From Vicugna vicugna (Eukaryota), in NCBI GenBank assembly GCA_013265495.1, contig MU057711.1, positions 2,058,844-2,122,843 on the forward strand: DNA of 64,000 bases, given 5' to 3'. Below the pieces are notes generated by a model, which saw nothing but the letters and a program-made list of their open reading frames with translations, had not been told where the DNA came from and did not search any database. Below, piece after piece: positions 26,831-40,865 of this stretch (positions are counted from its first letter, which is position 1; every line of letters begins with the position of its first letter). Both the position numbers and the translations under genes were made by a program.

Positions 26831-27569
26831 GTGCCCAGGGGCACTCATCTACTGATGAATGAGTGACTGAATGAACAAATGAATGGACGAGGTTTTAAAA
26901 GAGTGGAGCTGGGCTGCCTGTCCAGGGAACTAAGAGTTACTGCCATTCCCCAGCCACACCTCCCGCAGTCACCTGCAGCTGGGCGCAAACCTGCCTGCCG
27001 CTTTCTTCCAGGCTCACAGCCGTGGACTTGGCAAAGCTGCCTCCCTCCCCTCCCCTCCATGCCACCCTCCACCCTTGTCTCCACCTCACCCTCAATTCTT
27101 GTCCCCACTTGGTTGCAGCACAGCCACACACTGGTCCAGTGGAAGTTATGTTGCAGCCTGGATTTTAAGTTAGGATTTGTTCTTTAGGCATGCATAGAAT
27201 GAGCACTTTAATATATAAAAAGAAAAAAGGAAACGAAAAGGATCACAGAATGAAGTTTACCCATATCACTGTGAGATAATTACTGTGAACATTTCTCTAT
27301 ATTTTCTTATGGCATTTTTCAAAGCGTATATATTTTACCCAGTTGAAACCATACTGCATATACACCTTGTAACCTATTTTGTCAAATCATACTAGCATAA
27401 ATCCTACCATTAAATTTTCTCCATAGATTTAATTTTAATATGTTTTAGTGGTTGCATAATATTCCATCTTATGCATAAGCCACAATTTAAGCCATTCTTC
27501 CAGAGCTGGTCATTTGTTTGGCTTCTCACTTTTTCATGTGATGCTTTGAGGAAGTCAAGGATTTCACGA

Positions 27570-28000
27570 GTCTTTGCTCACCCAACATGCACCCTTCTTT
27601 AGGCAGGAGCACTCCAGGTATCCCCACGGAGCCCCTCCCACCTCCCAGTGTGGTCCATGTGGGGATGGCCTTATTCCCCAGCTCTAGGAGACAGCATGTG
27701 ACCAAGGCCCAACCAATCGGCTTCTTCCATCCCTCTAGCCACAGTGATCAGGTCCAGGATGAGCATGTGGTCCAATAAGAGCCAGAGACTCAATCCTAGA
27801 ACAGCTGTGACCTCCCATGAAGAGAGGACACTGGTGTCCTGGCAGGTTAAGATGAAAGCCTGGAGATGCTGGTGTGTATCTTCCCATCAAGAGAAGAGCA
27901 AACAGCAGCACATGATCCCCTGGACTCCTTGACTTTTTATGTCACATGAGCTAATAAATTCTCATGTTTGCTCTAGTCAGTCTGAGTTGGGTTTCTGACC
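27570..28000 (+). mobile_element. MaLR LTR (MLT1K-like)
   Basis: catgtgaccaaggcccaaccaatc...gtcacatgagctaataaattc...gagttgggtttctg. Confidence 0.6.
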
Positions 28001-28929
28001 TAAATCCTGTTACTGATTTGTCAGGCATGTTTTCATCCACAGTACAAATCTTTCATTTCTTAAGAGATGGACCCAAAAGCGGAGATTGTGAATCAAAGCA
28101 GAATGTTTTTTAAAGCTGCTAACATATACTGATAGAAAGTCTATGACCATCGATCCTCCCTTACTGGGTGGGGAGAGAAGCCACACTGTGCTCCCAGCAT
28201 GCCCACTGCATGTTTGGAAACAACCAGGCTGAATGCTGTTGCTGAGAGACCTTGGCAAAAAACTCAGCGTCCAACTGCCCAGCATGTGGGTGACTCAGTG
28301 TAGAGCAGACTCATGGGGCTGGGAGAGGAGGGACCAGGCAGCCCTGGAGGCTGCTTCCAAGTGGATCTTGAAGCAACACCTGAATGGTGGGTAGGGCAAG
28401 GGAGACTTGAAAGGCAGGCATGGTCAGTTCCCGGAAGGGACAGCCCCCAGAAATCACTAGGAAAGTCACTCTGCTACAATTACAAGTTGCAGCCTCCAAA
28501 CATGATTATTTCTCCTCTACCAACCCCTCTCGCTTGAGTTTTTGGAGTGGCCTAAAATCCTTTTCTCCCTGGAATCGAGAGCCTAAGATGAATTCTCGAT
28601 GAGCAAGGACATTTATTTCTAAGGAAATTCTTGTTGCAGTAATCATTCTGCCCAATTCATCTTGTAGGAAAGGATGCTGGGAAAGGTGGAAACGTGATTC
28701 AGGATCATGAGAACTAGCTCCGTGAATCAGAGGAGAGCTGAGCCTGCCGGCTTCTCTGCCCATTTTGAAAAGCAAAACCTGGGACGTGGGATGCCTGCTG
28801 CTTCCCCAGGCCTGTGGCAGGCAGCAGGGGGCTTCTTACTGCTGTATCGCTGCCATTCAGCAGGCACCTGTCGGTTATGTAACTGACTGCACTCCTCCCT
28901 CAAAGGACAGACTAGGACCCCGACAAATT

Positions 28930-29365
28930 CCCTTTGCTGGTTCCTGTCTGCTCCCTGCACACACCAGCCTGCTCTAAGCAGGGAGTGAACACACTGCACC
29001 CTGTCCCCTGGATTTCCAACCACCCTGCTGCCATTCCTGGGTGGTGGATGTGGAGGAAACACTTGGGGGCTCGGTGGGGGGCCCGGGGCCACTTCCGGTT
29101 CTGGAGGGGCTGCCTCCCTCCAGCAAAGGCCACAGCTCCCAGCAAGCCCTCTCCCATGCGTCCAGCTTTCCCTGAACTCCACTAACTCCACTGCCTCTCC
29201 CGCTCCTTCCACGCCCAGTGGTGGGAACAGCCGTGTGTTGGTCACGGCCCCCCAGGACCTCCCCATCCTTTGTTGAGTTCCCATGCCTCTGGAACTAGTC
29301 CCTTTATCAGACCCTTTTCTATTAAAACCCTTTGAATATGCCATGTGTCTCCTGGCATCAAAATA
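28930..29365 (+). mobile_element. ERVL LTR (LTR33-like)
   Basis: tggttcctgtctgc...ccctttatcagaccc...attaaaaccctttgaatatgccatgtgtctcctg. Confidence 0.45.
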
Positions 29366-30357
29366 GCACAAACGTCCCAGAATTCTAACGTGCAGAACTC
29401 GAAGCCTGAGAGATGATATAATCCTTTCTCATGGTTCAAGTGGGAAAACTGAGAACCGAAGAGAAGGGATTGGTCCACAGTTGCACAGGATAGTTTACAG
29501 GCAAAGCCGAAGCGAGACTTGAACCCACCCCCTCCACCCTCACCAAGTCCCCCTTGTTCATGGCACGGGAGTCACACAGCAGGGTTTGTAGTTCTGCTAC
29601 TTATTAGCTGTGTGATCTTGATCAAGTGACCTAACCTCTCTGAGGTGATAACATGTACCCACTTCAGAAGGCAATTAGGAGGATTAAATGGACTGATCTG
29701 CATGAGCACTTAATGCAGTTTATACATCTGACTAGGAGCTGTCATCATCTCATGAGTTTGGCATTGAGGTCTGCGGGTGGCAAGGTGAGAACGACTGGCG
29801 TGGGTGCCTCTCCTGCAATGAAACAGGCCACTTAAAAAACAGACACCCAGAACAATGGAGACACAAACCAGCTGGCCGGCTGCTGCGGAAGGACAGCTCG
29901 GGCTCTCAGAAGGCCCTCCTCCTCTTCTCTTCCAGGGTCTGTCCGTGACTGTGGACTCTGTGAGGTCAGGGACCACTATTCTGGCAGAGCCAGTCTCCTC
30001 GCTGAAGGACCCTGCAGACGATGGAGGTGCCCCGGAGCACACACAGGAAGGGGATTTTGGAGCTGGCAGGGAGCACGTGCCCGTCAGCCCTCTGCATGCT
30101 GTTCTGGGAGTGGGGCCTGCGGTGGGGAGGGAGACAAAGGCCTTGACCTTGTGTGGTTCACTCACCTGTGATCCTAGACCGTAGTTCTTCACTTTAAAAA
30201 TGAGGAAACCAGGGCCCAGAAGGGAGACTGTCTCCTTTCAGCGACACTCTGTGAGTCAGTCAGCTGCCAAACTCGATCTTGAAATGCCAAGTCCTGCCCA
30301 CTCTGCTCTGGGTCTGGTCTGCGTTAAGCAATGGGCAGGACAGAAGTAACTGTTTCA

Positions 30358-30486
30358 GGGGAGGGTAGAGCTCAGTGGTAGAGCGTGTGCTTAGCATGCA
30401 GGAGGTCCTGAGTTCATCTCCAGTACTTCCATCAATTTTTTTTTAATGTTTTAAAAAGTAAATAAATTAAATTAAATTTAAAAAAA
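30358..30486 (+). mobile_element. tRNA-Ala-derived SINE (Vic-1-like)
   Basis: tRNA head; 16-bp TSD agaagtaactgtttca at 30342-30357 and 30487-30502. Confidence 0.9.
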
Positions 30487-31539
30487 AGAAGTAACTGTTT
30501 CATTTCACTTCCATGGGACTTTCTGGGAGAGATTTGGCAGCTGGTCAGAGAATAACTGTCCCCCTACATATGACAAGAAGCAGTCCTTCAATCATTTAGT
30601 AACGTGCTCATTGACCATTGAAGGGTATTAACACGAAATGCCCTTCAGACAGGTTATGGAAAACGAAAACCCTTCTACGCTGCTATGTGAAAAAAAGCAA
30701 AGTGCAGAAGAAGGCTTCAGTACACTCTTACTTCTAGAAAACAGTTAGGACACAGCTATATATTCACACAGGAGTAAAAATATTTCTACACAGACACACA
30801 AAAAAATTGGTAACATCGGTTGCCTCAAGGAGGAAGACTAGGATCTGGGGAAGGAGGGGGGTGATTTATTTTTTCATACTAAACTTCCTTTTTTTTAACT
30901 AGTTGCAAGTTTTTGCATGAATTACATTTCCAATTAAAACATTACAAAGAGTAGGGGAAATCAGGACAAAACAATAGAAAACAGTAAACTGAACCAGCCC
31001 TTCTTTGCTTTTGGATAATTTCCCTGTATTGTATGTCTTACAAGAGAGGCTAAGAGGGCGACAGTGACAAGGCTGTTTTGGAATTCCTGGACTCTCATGG
31101 AGCGGCACTGCACAACAGCGGTGGGGGTCTCGGCCATTCAAGTTCAGCAATAAAGTCTATGTTCTCCATTGTTCTCACAATTCCAGTTATACCCAGGTGA
31201 CAAGATGAAGCCACCCAGCAAAGCACAACACTTTTTTCTTAAAAACCCAGTGGCTTCCCTGCCAAGCAGGCATGCTAGCTATTCTCTCTGAAGATGTAAC
31301 TTAGAAATTCGTATACTTAAAAAGCCTTTAAAAGTGAACACCCCCATCAACCCCAGCTCGAGGAGTTTATCACATGGAGGTAACTAGCAAGAGCAGGAGA
31401 CTGGAGGAAAACACACACACACACAAATGCAGTCTTATAATGGAATACTACACAGCCACTAAAAAGAGTAGCTGGATCTATGTTCATCCATGTGCAGGGT
31501 GACTTGCTAAGTGAAAAACTAGATGAAATAACCACAAGC

Positions 31540-31760
31540 ACTTGCTGTGTGCCAGGGGCTATGCTAAGCTCTCTACCTAGAGTAGTTCATTTTTCCTTAC
31601 AACTTTATGAGGTGGGTACGTCTATTGTCCCCACTGTGTAGATGAGAAAACTGAGGCAAGGAGAGCTAAAGTGACTTGGCAAGGTCACACGGCAGGTTGG
31701 TGGTAAAACAGGACTCAGAACCCAGGCAGCGTGGCTCCAAAGTCTATGGTCTGATACTGC
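31540..31760 (-). mobile_element. MIR SINE
   Basis: gatgagaaaactgaggca...aagtgacttggcaaggtcacacggc core. Confidence 0.7.
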
Positions 31761-31868
31761 TTCCCAACATGTGTGACGTGATGTCATCCACAGCAAAGCA
31801 GACAGAAATTTTAAAGGAGAGTCACCAGCTATTCACAGTGATTGTGGGATTGGAGATCTAGCTTTCAT

Positions 31869-31986
31869 TTTTGGGGGGAGGGGGTAATTAAGTGTATGTA
31901 TGTTTTTAGTGGAGGTACTGGGGACCGAACCCAGGACCTCACGCATGCTAAGCATGCGCTCTACCACTGAGCTTACCCTACTCCCC
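31869..31986 (-). mobile_element. tRNA-Ala-derived SINE (Vic-1-like)
   Basis: Reverse-complement SINE; TSD agat(c/t)tagctttcat at 31854-31868 and 31987-32001. Confidence 0.9.
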
Positions 31987-33902
31987 AGATTTAGCTTTCA
32001 TATTCTACGTGGATGACATTTGCTAAATCGATCCATTTATATTTTGGTGTTTTAAAAAATGTACATTCTCTTTGATTCAAGAATTCTATTTCATTTCTCA
32101 GAATTTATCCTCAGGAAATTATAAAAGAGATGCCAGGGAAGACGCACAAATAAAGATGTTTATCACAAGATAACTATAATAACAAGATTAGAACCAAACC
32201 CGATGTCCAACAAGGGACTGGTTAAGTAAAATGTGCTCTCTACATATGGTAAAGGAATAAATATTGACATGGTGAGATGTTCATGCTCTATTGAGGAGTG
32301 AAAGAAACAGTACGCTACACTTGTAAAACAAATCCGTAAATGTGCAGAGGGACAGTGTGGAAGGAAATATAGGAAAGAGGCACTGACAGCCGCCTCAGGG
32401 TGTTGAAATTGTGCCTTTTTATTTGTGAATTTCTGAATCTTGCATCTTTTCTGCCTTGAGTGTATATTACATGTATAATAGTAGAAAGTGTCATTTTTAT
32501 AAACTGGTTGTCACTCTTCCCCTGCTCAGGTATCAGATCTGAGACAACAGAATCCCCAGGGGTTACATGCCCTTCGTTGTGATTCTCAGGGGAGACGATG
32601 CAGGGTTCTACTTGTGAAAAACTCCCATTAAGTTAATTTCTACACAACAGCCAGTCTCTGCCAGAGGAATATTAGGAAACAGTCAAGACGCAGAGAGCCA
32701 CTAGGGTGCCTTCTCAAGGCAGCGGCTCCAAGTCTCTCCTGCCCCCAGCAAGCCAGCCAAGCAGCCCCTCTCTAGTCCGACAAGACAGTGCAGGGAGTGC
32801 AAAAGGTCAATCAAATAAGGATGCGCAATTCAAACATTTACTTTTCAAACATCTTCAGAAAGTTTATCATACACAAACAAGCACAGGAGAGAGAAGAGGG
32901 TTCAAGTTCAAGCCAATTCATTTGCCCAGCGGCCCCCGGGAACACAAGCATCATACAGTGAGTAGACCACAGAGGCCGTGAGGGCGGTTCCCTTTGGCAG
33001 CCAAATTGCATGGCTGGCAGAACAGGCTCAGAGGCTCTGAGGTGGCTGGCTCTGAAAAGTACTGTGCAATAAGCATAACCAGAGACATCAGAAAAAATGG
33101 TGGCAGTGCCAAGTGAGCATGAGAGTAGCCTGCACTGAGAAAATAATTCAAGGAAACTTTCAGTGTGTCCAGAATAGTCCATAAGCAATTCTTGCAATGT
33201 ATTTCAGCAAACACTCTGATGCTGTAACCAAGTGAGGCAGATTTTAAGGAAAACTGCAAAATAATATGTCAGCAAAGCTTTTTTGGCATCTTAATTGACA
33301 GTTCTAATTTTTTTCCTTTTCAAAAACATTTGTCCATAAGGGAAGAAAATTACTCTTGATCTCAGTCTTGAGCAAAGAAATCAGAAGATGTTAATTGAGC
33401 ATCTAGTATACACATGACAGGATGCTAGACAGTCTCTCAGAGCAGCAAACCCGGCTCCCCAGGACATGTGATCGAAGCTATCATGGGAAGAGAGCTCAAA
33501 GCCTCCAGGTTAGACAAGATCATGTGACAAGTTTGTATTAGGCACAGAAAGGCAGGGAGGACAGCCCTGTTCCCTGGGGCTCACTGTCTGCCAGGAAGAC
33601 AGACAGGTGGATGCTTGATGGCATCAATGAGATAAACGCTGTCACCAAGGGCATTCGAGGAACTACAGAGGAAATGTCACAGTCTGAGAAGGCGTCCAAG
33701 AGGACGGGACACAGAGTTGAGTCTGAAGAGGTGAAAGGAATTCAGGGGGTACCCTGAGGACTGAGGCTGTGGGATCAGGGAGGAAGCCGTCGCACTGGAT
33801 GGGCATGGACAGAGGTAAGACTTGAGGCTGGAGAGGTAACATGAGTGTGAGCATGGAGGTCCCTGTACACTGAGTTAAGGAGTACAGTTTTAGCCCATGG
33901 CC

Positions 33903-33924
33903 CAGTGCTTCTCAAAGCTGCAAA

Positions 33925-33967
<43 letters not shown>

Positions 33968-34260
33968 ACACACACAGAGCATGGGAAACATACTGAGTGA
34001 ACAGTTAAAACCCTATCACTGTGGATGTTCTCTTGTCACCAAAGCAAATCAAACAGAAATGCAGGCACTGAAATCGTACAGCAGGATCGGTTATAAAGTA
34101 GTGACCCAGATAATCCAGTATAAGCTGATATTAAAAAACCTCTTGAAGATTATCATTAAAACCAAAACTCAAGATCAAAAGATCCTTGTAGAACTCACAG
34201 TCACCTCGATACAGTTTTGAAGACTCCTAGGGGTCTGTGTCCCTAATTTGAAAAACACTC
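33903..34260. mobile_element. hAT-Charlie-like element containing a (CA)n microsatellite at 33933-33976
   Basis: Imperfect TIRs cagtgcttctcaaa ... tttgaaaaacactc; interrupts L2-like sequence. Confidence 0.45.
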
Positions 34261-34614
34261 CTGTAGGCAATGAAAGGTTTTAAGTAGATATTTGGGGTGG
34301 CGGAAAGCACGGGTGTGACTGAATTAGATTCATACCATTTCCAGAACACTAGGTCAGCATCAGAGAAAAGCGATGCACCAGTGAAGGGGTGACCCCAGGG
34401 GTCCAGACAAAGAGTAACGCAGGCCTGAGAGGCAGTGAGAACGGAGAAGAGAGGCTGCCTTTCCTGAACATCTTCTGTATTCAAGGCCAGGAACTCCACA
34501 CTTTGGGGAACTCCTAGGAGACAGCGTCCCCACCCTCCTAGAACTTGGAGCCTAGTTGGACACCTAAGACATGCGCCTCATCAAAGAAAAGATATATTAC
34601 ATCATTCAAAAAAA

Positions 34615-35250
34615 AAAAAGCCACAAGCCAACCTAAATGTCCATCAATGGAAAAATGGATAAAGAAAACGTGGTGTATATACAGACATATTTTTCCCTTA
34701 AAAAAAGAAGGAAACCTTGCCATTTGCTACCACACGGATGGACCTGGAAGACAATATGCTAAGTGAAATAAGCCAGACCCAGAAGAATATATATGATCCC
34801 ACTCATATGAGAAATCTAAAATAATCAAACTCACAGAAGTAGAAAGTAGACTGGTGGTTACCAGGGGCTGGGGGGAGGGGGAATTGGGGAGGTGCTGGTC
34901 AAAAGGGACACTTCACTTATGCATAAAGATGAATAATTCCTGAAGATCTACTATACAGCACAGTGTCTGTAGTTAACACTGCATTGTATACTTAACGTAT
35001 TTTAAGAAGGTAGATCTTACATTCATATCAAAAGAAAAAAAAGAGGGGAGGAGGAAACTTCTAGAGGTGATGGATAATTTCAGAGCATCGTATATGGGGA
35101 CCGTTTCATGGGGGTACACTTACCTTCAAACTCATTAATATATATACATTATACATGTACAGCTTTTTTGGTCAGTCAGTCATACCTCAATACACACACA
35201 CACACACACGAATAAATGAATAAATAAATAAAAACAAAAAGTAAAAAGCC
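34615..35250 (+). mobile_element. LINE-1 3' end (L1M-type)
   Basis: caacctaaatgtccatcaatgg...atgctaagtgaaataagccaga...tggtggttaccaggggctgggg. Confidence 0.8.
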
Positions 35251-36368
35251 CTTCAGAAAAAGTAGGATTCTATTAATGGCAGAGTGCAGTCCATGTGACT
35301 AATCTCCCCATAGGAAAGGCTTCAAGGCAAGTCAGAACTTAAGACTTTAAAGCTTAGAGAATTGAAGTAGAAGGGGCAGACAGGAAAACGCCATCCATGG
35401 GACAGGGTGGAAATCCAAGGAACGAGTCCTGCTTGGCATGGCAAGGGACTGCCGGCGGTGGGAGCAGAGGCCCCACTGGGGCTGCCACAACCACTGGCAG
35501 CTCACAGACCCAGGACCTGAGCAGGGCTGCAGGCTGCCCTGGCCTCTCCCACCACCAAGGTCCCAGAGAGGATGACATTCTGACAATCTGGAAAATCTGT
35601 ACAGATTTTCCAAATTTCGGTCATTCATATACTGCAGTCACCATTTTTATCAGTTCCTTGCATCTCTTGTACTGTTTGCTTCCTATTTTTCTTTAAATGG
35701 ACTCACTTGTTAATTTTAATAAATTATTTTAAAAGGAAACTTCCCAGGACCACAAATGGAAAACTAGCGTCACTTGTACCAAAAGGAAAGTAACTGGAAA
35801 ACTCAAATTAAAGGGTCTTCTGTAAAACAGTAGATACCCAAAGAGATATGGCAGTTGAATGCATTGTGTGGCCATGAATTGGATCCTAGAGTGAGGAAAA
35901 AGTTGCTTTAAAGGATGGTATTGGGACAACTATAAACACATATACTTAAGACAACAGCTTTGTAACACTATTACATTTCCTGATTTTGACAATTTCACTA
36001 TGGTTAAGAGAATAAAATCCTTATTCTTAGGAGATAAATGCTGCAATATCTAGGTGTGAAGGGCACTTACTGCAACTTACTCTCAAATGGCTAAATTAAA
36101 AAAAAAGAATTCAGGTATCATATGTATATGTATGAATTATAGAGTGAGAAAGACAAAGCAGATGAGACAAAATGTCAATGATGGGTGAATGTGTATGAAA
36201 GATACGGGAATTTATTGTAATCTTACCATTTCTCTGTAGGTTGAAATTTTTCAAACTGTTACAAAAGACAGACCTAACAAATCATTTTGTATGGACCTGC
36301 AACCATGGTAAGCCTGGGGCAGGTGCTCAATGTTTGCTGCTGGATGAACTGTTATAATAAAAATGTGC

Positions 36369-36486
36369 GGGGAGGGTATAGCTCAGTGGTAGAGTGCATG
36401 CCTAGCATGCATGAGGCCCTGGGTTCAATCCCCAGTGCCTCCATTAAAAAATTAACCCTAATTACCTTCCCTCAAAATTAAAAAAA
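36369..36486 (+). mobile_element. tRNA-Ala-derived SINE (Vic-1-like)
   Basis: ggggagggtatagctcagtggtagagtgcatgcctagcatgcatgaggccctgggttcaatcccc plus SINE body and A tail. Confidence 0.9.
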
Positions 36487-37910
36487 ATTTTTTTTGAATG
36501 AATGAAGAAGGAAAGACGGAAAGGAAGGAAGGAAGGAAGGAAGGGAGGGAGGGAGGAAAGAAGAGTGTCCATTTGCCCCCTACAAACACCTCAGGTAGTA
36601 TCAGTGGTCCACACACTGTGCTGGGAAGTGAGAATGAGCCAGGAGGAACAACACAGAGACAAGCCATAGGGGAGTGTGAAACACATCATGCGGGGCCATC
36701 ACAGGCCAAAAATATGTCTCGATGCCCACACTTTCCACCAAAGAACAAGACAGAACAACAGACCCCAGGGACCCCTGCCCCGGGTGACTGTGGAGGAGAA
36801 AGAGCTATGCTGCAGGGGTTGTGGAGAAGGAATATTGCTCTTCCTTCCTTCTTACTAACACCAACATTCCAACCCAAGTAGTGGCCAAAGACAGTATGAT
36901 ATAAGTGACCCCAGCCCTGATGGAAAGGATCTGCTGCTTTGGGTGGGAGGAGCACAAACAAGCTTTCAGGGCAAGACAAGAGAAATGCAAGCACCCAGCA
37001 GGCGGATGTGGGCTCCCACCTCTTCCCACTCTGAAGGGGAGTCTTCGGAGACATCCAGCTTCTCCTGTCAGTTCCTGACCTGTAACTCACTGGCCTAATA
37101 ATGACCACTGCCATCACTGTTTGTGAGACTTAACATTATTTAATACAGGAAGAAACAAATCTGCTAATTATTGCAGCGAGATGCCTTCCATTACACGTGT
37201 CATGACTTCAGAGACACCAATGAGAAAAAATATGCATCTTAGAAATGATGAAATATAGCCCTGCGTTAAGTTTCCAGTTCTTTCTCATTCTGCATCAGTT
37301 CCTCCTAACCATACGGGAATGAGGTGAGGTTAACCTGATTCACAAGAAGATGTTGAGGTTGAGAGCTGATGCAACTTGCCCAAGGTCACTCTGGACACAA
37401 ACACGTGGTCCTGACTCCAAGGCAGGGTCACAGCACCTCACAATCTGCCCAGAGGACTGGCTGATGGAACCAATCGAAGAGTTTCCCATGACAGAAGCCA
37501 GTGCTTTCCCATCACATCAGTGAAGGGAGCAGGCACAGGAGTCCGTACATGAAGAATGGCTATACAATTACAAGGCAGAAGGAAGCCGGTCTCCCCACCT
37601 GTCTTCCCAGCATTCACAAAGCAGTATAGTGTGTTATAGTGGGTGATACAGTGGGATAAACCAATGTCTATTACTATATTCCAAATGCTCTGCTACAGTG
37701 TCAGAAGGTATACCTGATCGGACCTCCTTTCCAAATGTGAGCCCATCATGCTAATTTATGGCCTAAAGACAAGCATGAGTGTTTTGTCAAAGTAAAATAC
37801 TTCCATTCATAAAATTTACAATGTGAGTTTTCTTTATATTCCCAATAGCAGAAACCCAATTTTGTTATTTATTATTGAATAACCATTAGGAATATTTGAA
37901 ATTAGCTTCT

Positions 37911-38055
37911 GGAGGGGAGGATATAGCTCAAGTGGTACGGCACATGCTTAGCATGCACAAGGTCCTGAGTTCAATCCCCAGAACCTCCTCTAAAAATAAA
38001 CAAATAAGCCAAATTACCCCCCCAAAAAAATAAAATTAAAGTTTTAAAAATAATC
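37911..38055 (+). mobile_element. tRNA-Ala-derived SINE (Vic-1-like)
   Basis: tRNA head; imperfect TSD ttgaaatt(ag/ga)cttc at 37896-37909 and 38056-38069. Confidence 0.88.
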
Positions 38056-38504
38056 TTGAAATTGACTTCACAAAAGGGTGGTTCAAAAAAAAAAAAAGTG
38101 GGTGGTTCTATAACAGAAAAGCAAACCAACTTACATCAGAATTCTTTTTTGCTCAAGCAGCCAAAGATTAGAAATGACCTAAAATGTCTATCAATAATAT
38201 CTGATGACATAAATTAAGACACATCTCTACTCCAGAATGATCTGCAACCATTAAAAAGAGGCAGTGATACACTTCATCAACACAAAATCATGTCTAAGAT
38301 GTAATGGAAAAAATATTTAAAGAGCTAGAATAGTGCTCCCAGCATGTTACCACTTGTGTGTAAATTTATATACACTTGCATACGGATAAAGAAACAAGAA
38401 ACAGTTAAGCTAAGAAACAGAAATGGGAGAACTACTTTTTTACTGTTTATCTTTTCTTTTGAATTTTGCACCATGTGTACCTATCATCTATTTTTAAAAA
38501 TACT

Positions 38505-38568
38505 ATTTTTTTAAAAAGAGGAAATAATTTTTTTAAAAAGAGGAAATAATTTTTTTAAAAAGAGGAAA
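38505..38568. repeat. 22-bp tandem repeat, about 2.9 perfect copies
   Basis: Unit atttttttaaaaagaggaaata. Confidence 0.9.
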
Positions 38569-39129
38569 ACCTGTGCTTTAAAAAAATACACAAACTGTCT
38601 TCAGAACCTTAACACAAGTTACTGTTCTAATCTTGTTCTACTGAATTATTTAGACAACTACGAGAAAATAAAAGTCTTTCCCCCGTAGATGCTAGTGATT
38701 CATCCAACAACTCCAAATGTCTCTAAAAAGTTTATGTATATACACGTGCAGGGGAGGGCTCCAGCACCCTCAGGGAGTCTCTTTAAGACAGGAGAAGGGC
38801 TCAGTGACGAATGTTCAGCCAACAGCAGCACCTGAGGCCAGACCCACAGGACAGACACAAGGGCTCCACAAAGATGAGTTTCTCAACCTCCAGTCCCTCA
38901 GCAGCCTGGTTTGTGGCCACTGACTGGGGTTCCCACCTTGCCTCACATTACCCGTTTAGTAGGACAAGACATTAAACGTCAACAGTGCAAGCCAAAGAGC
39001 TCACTGACAGATGTAAGACTTCACACTGTGCAGGAGAAGACCTACCAGTTCATGTAATCTAAGAAGACACCCTGAGGTAAAGGAAAAAAGTGTGTGTTTT
39101 TTTTTTAAGTTGCAAAAAGGCAAAATAGA

Positions 39130-39270
39130 GGGGAGGGTATATAGCTCAGTGGTGGACGGGTGCCTAGCATGCACAAGTCCTGGGTTCAATCCTCAGTACC
39201 TCCACTCAAAAACAAACAAGCATAATAACCTCCCTTCCTCCTGCAAAACAAAAAAATATTAAAAAAAAGA
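39130..39270 (+). mobile_element. tRNA-Ala-derived SINE (Vic-1-like)
   Basis: tRNA head, body and A-rich tail. Confidence 0.88.
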
Positions 39271-39274
39271 CAAA

Positions 39275-39550
39275 ACACACACACAGGGGACAGATGTCAT
39301 GAAGACACACGAGAGAGGACAGCCATGTGATGATGGAGGCAGAGACAGGAGTGATGCATCTAGAAGTCAAGGAACACCAAGGGCTGGAAGCTAGAAGAAT
39401 CAAAGAAAGACTCCCCTACAGGTTTCAGAGGGAGCACAGCCCTGGGACACCTTGATATCAGGCCTCTGGCCTCCAGAATTGTAAGATAATTTGTTTTAAG
39501 CCACTCAGCTTGTGGTCCTTTTTTATGGGAGCCCTAGGAAACTGATGCAC
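39275..39550 (+). mobile_element. MaLR LTR 3' part (MLT1C-like)
   Basis: ggagtgatgcatctagaagtcaaggaacacc...tggcctccagaattgtaaga...ttttaagccac...gccctaggaaactgatgca. Confidence 0.75.
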
Positions 39551-40626
39551 TGCGAAAAATCTTTTAATCTTCACTTAACTCATTCCCTGAACAGATAAAC
39601 AATGAAAAAGTCAAGGTGCTCAACACCATTAGTCATCAGAGAAATGCAAACTAAAGCAATAATGACAAACATTTCACCCATTAGAAAGGCTGAAATGAAG
39701 GCTGACAACATCAAAAGTGAGGGTATGGAGCAACCAGAGCCTTTTGATGCTGCTGGTGGCTACGTCAAATGTCAGAGCCACTCCAACCAATTCTTATAAA
39801 TTAAACATACATCTATCCTATGGCCCAGCAATTCCACTCCTAGGTGTTTACTCAAGAGAAATGAAAATATATGTCCATAAAGGATATATACAAGAACATT
39901 CATAGCAATCTTACAACAGCTAAAAAGTCCAGCATCGGGAGAACAGACAGACTGTGGCATGTCCATACAATGACCCCCTGCTCAGCAACAAAATGGAATG
40001 CTCTGTGGGCACGTGCAACAGTGTGGGTGAATCTCAAAATAATTCTATTAGCAAAAGATGCTAGGCTCAACAAAATATACATCGCATGATTTCACTTATA
40101 TAAAAAATAAGGACAAACAAAACTAAAGTTACAGAAGTCAGAAAGGGCTGGGGGAAGGATAGGGAAGTGCCTGCAATGTTGTGGAGTGATGGAATGTTGA
40201 TACCCTGTTTGGGGTGCTGGTTACATGGGTATGTACAATTTTTAAAATTCAGTAAACTGAACACTTAAGACATACTTCAACTAAAAGAAGGGAGGGTCTG
40301 ATACAACACAGGCAGGCAAGAATCATCAATGGACACTAAAATCATTAGGTAAAAGTTGTTAGGGAACAGGATACTTGCTCCGTGCCAAAGCATCATGCCT
40401 TAGGGGAAAAAAACTACCTGTCCCACAGCAGTCAGCACCTTACCCAAGTGACCAGCCAGACTAGCACTCCCAGCAGGACAACTGTTAACGCGCCTTCTGA
40501 TACAATGCAGTATGGAACTGCACCACCTATGACATATCCTTGCCAAAAACGTAGGACCTAAATCTAACCAAGCCTCTAGACCAAACTTCCAGCGTGCAGA
40601 AAATACAGGGAATAGAAGAACAGTTA

Positions 40627-40865
40627 GGGTGGGAAGGGATAAGTTGGGAGTTTGAGATTTGTAGACACAAATATACATAAAATAGATTAACAAGTTCATA
40701 CTGTATAGCACAGGGAACTATATTCAATATCTTGTAATAGCTTATGGTGACAAAGAATATGAAAATGAATAGATGTATATTCATGCATGACTGAAGCATT
40801 GTGCTGTACACCAGAAATTAAGACCACATTGTAAACTGATTGTACCTCAATTAAAAAAAAGAAAA
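40627..40865 (+). mobile_element. short young LINE-1 3' end
   Basis: TSD aagaacagtta at 40616-40626 and 40866-40876. Confidence 0.85.

Noticed and set aside
28727..29371. 214-aa minus-strand ORF
   Set aside because: Largely overlaps an LTR relic; no recognisable protein similarity
32695..32713. Second CTCF-like motif gccactagggtgcc
   Set aside because: Several mismatches in the GGGGGCGC core; too weak to call
36369..36444. tRNA-Ala(AGC) gene (and the nine similar heads)
   Set aside because: Each head runs into a SINE body and/or A tail, most with TSDs, and carries stem-breaking substitutions; these are SINEs, not tRNA genes
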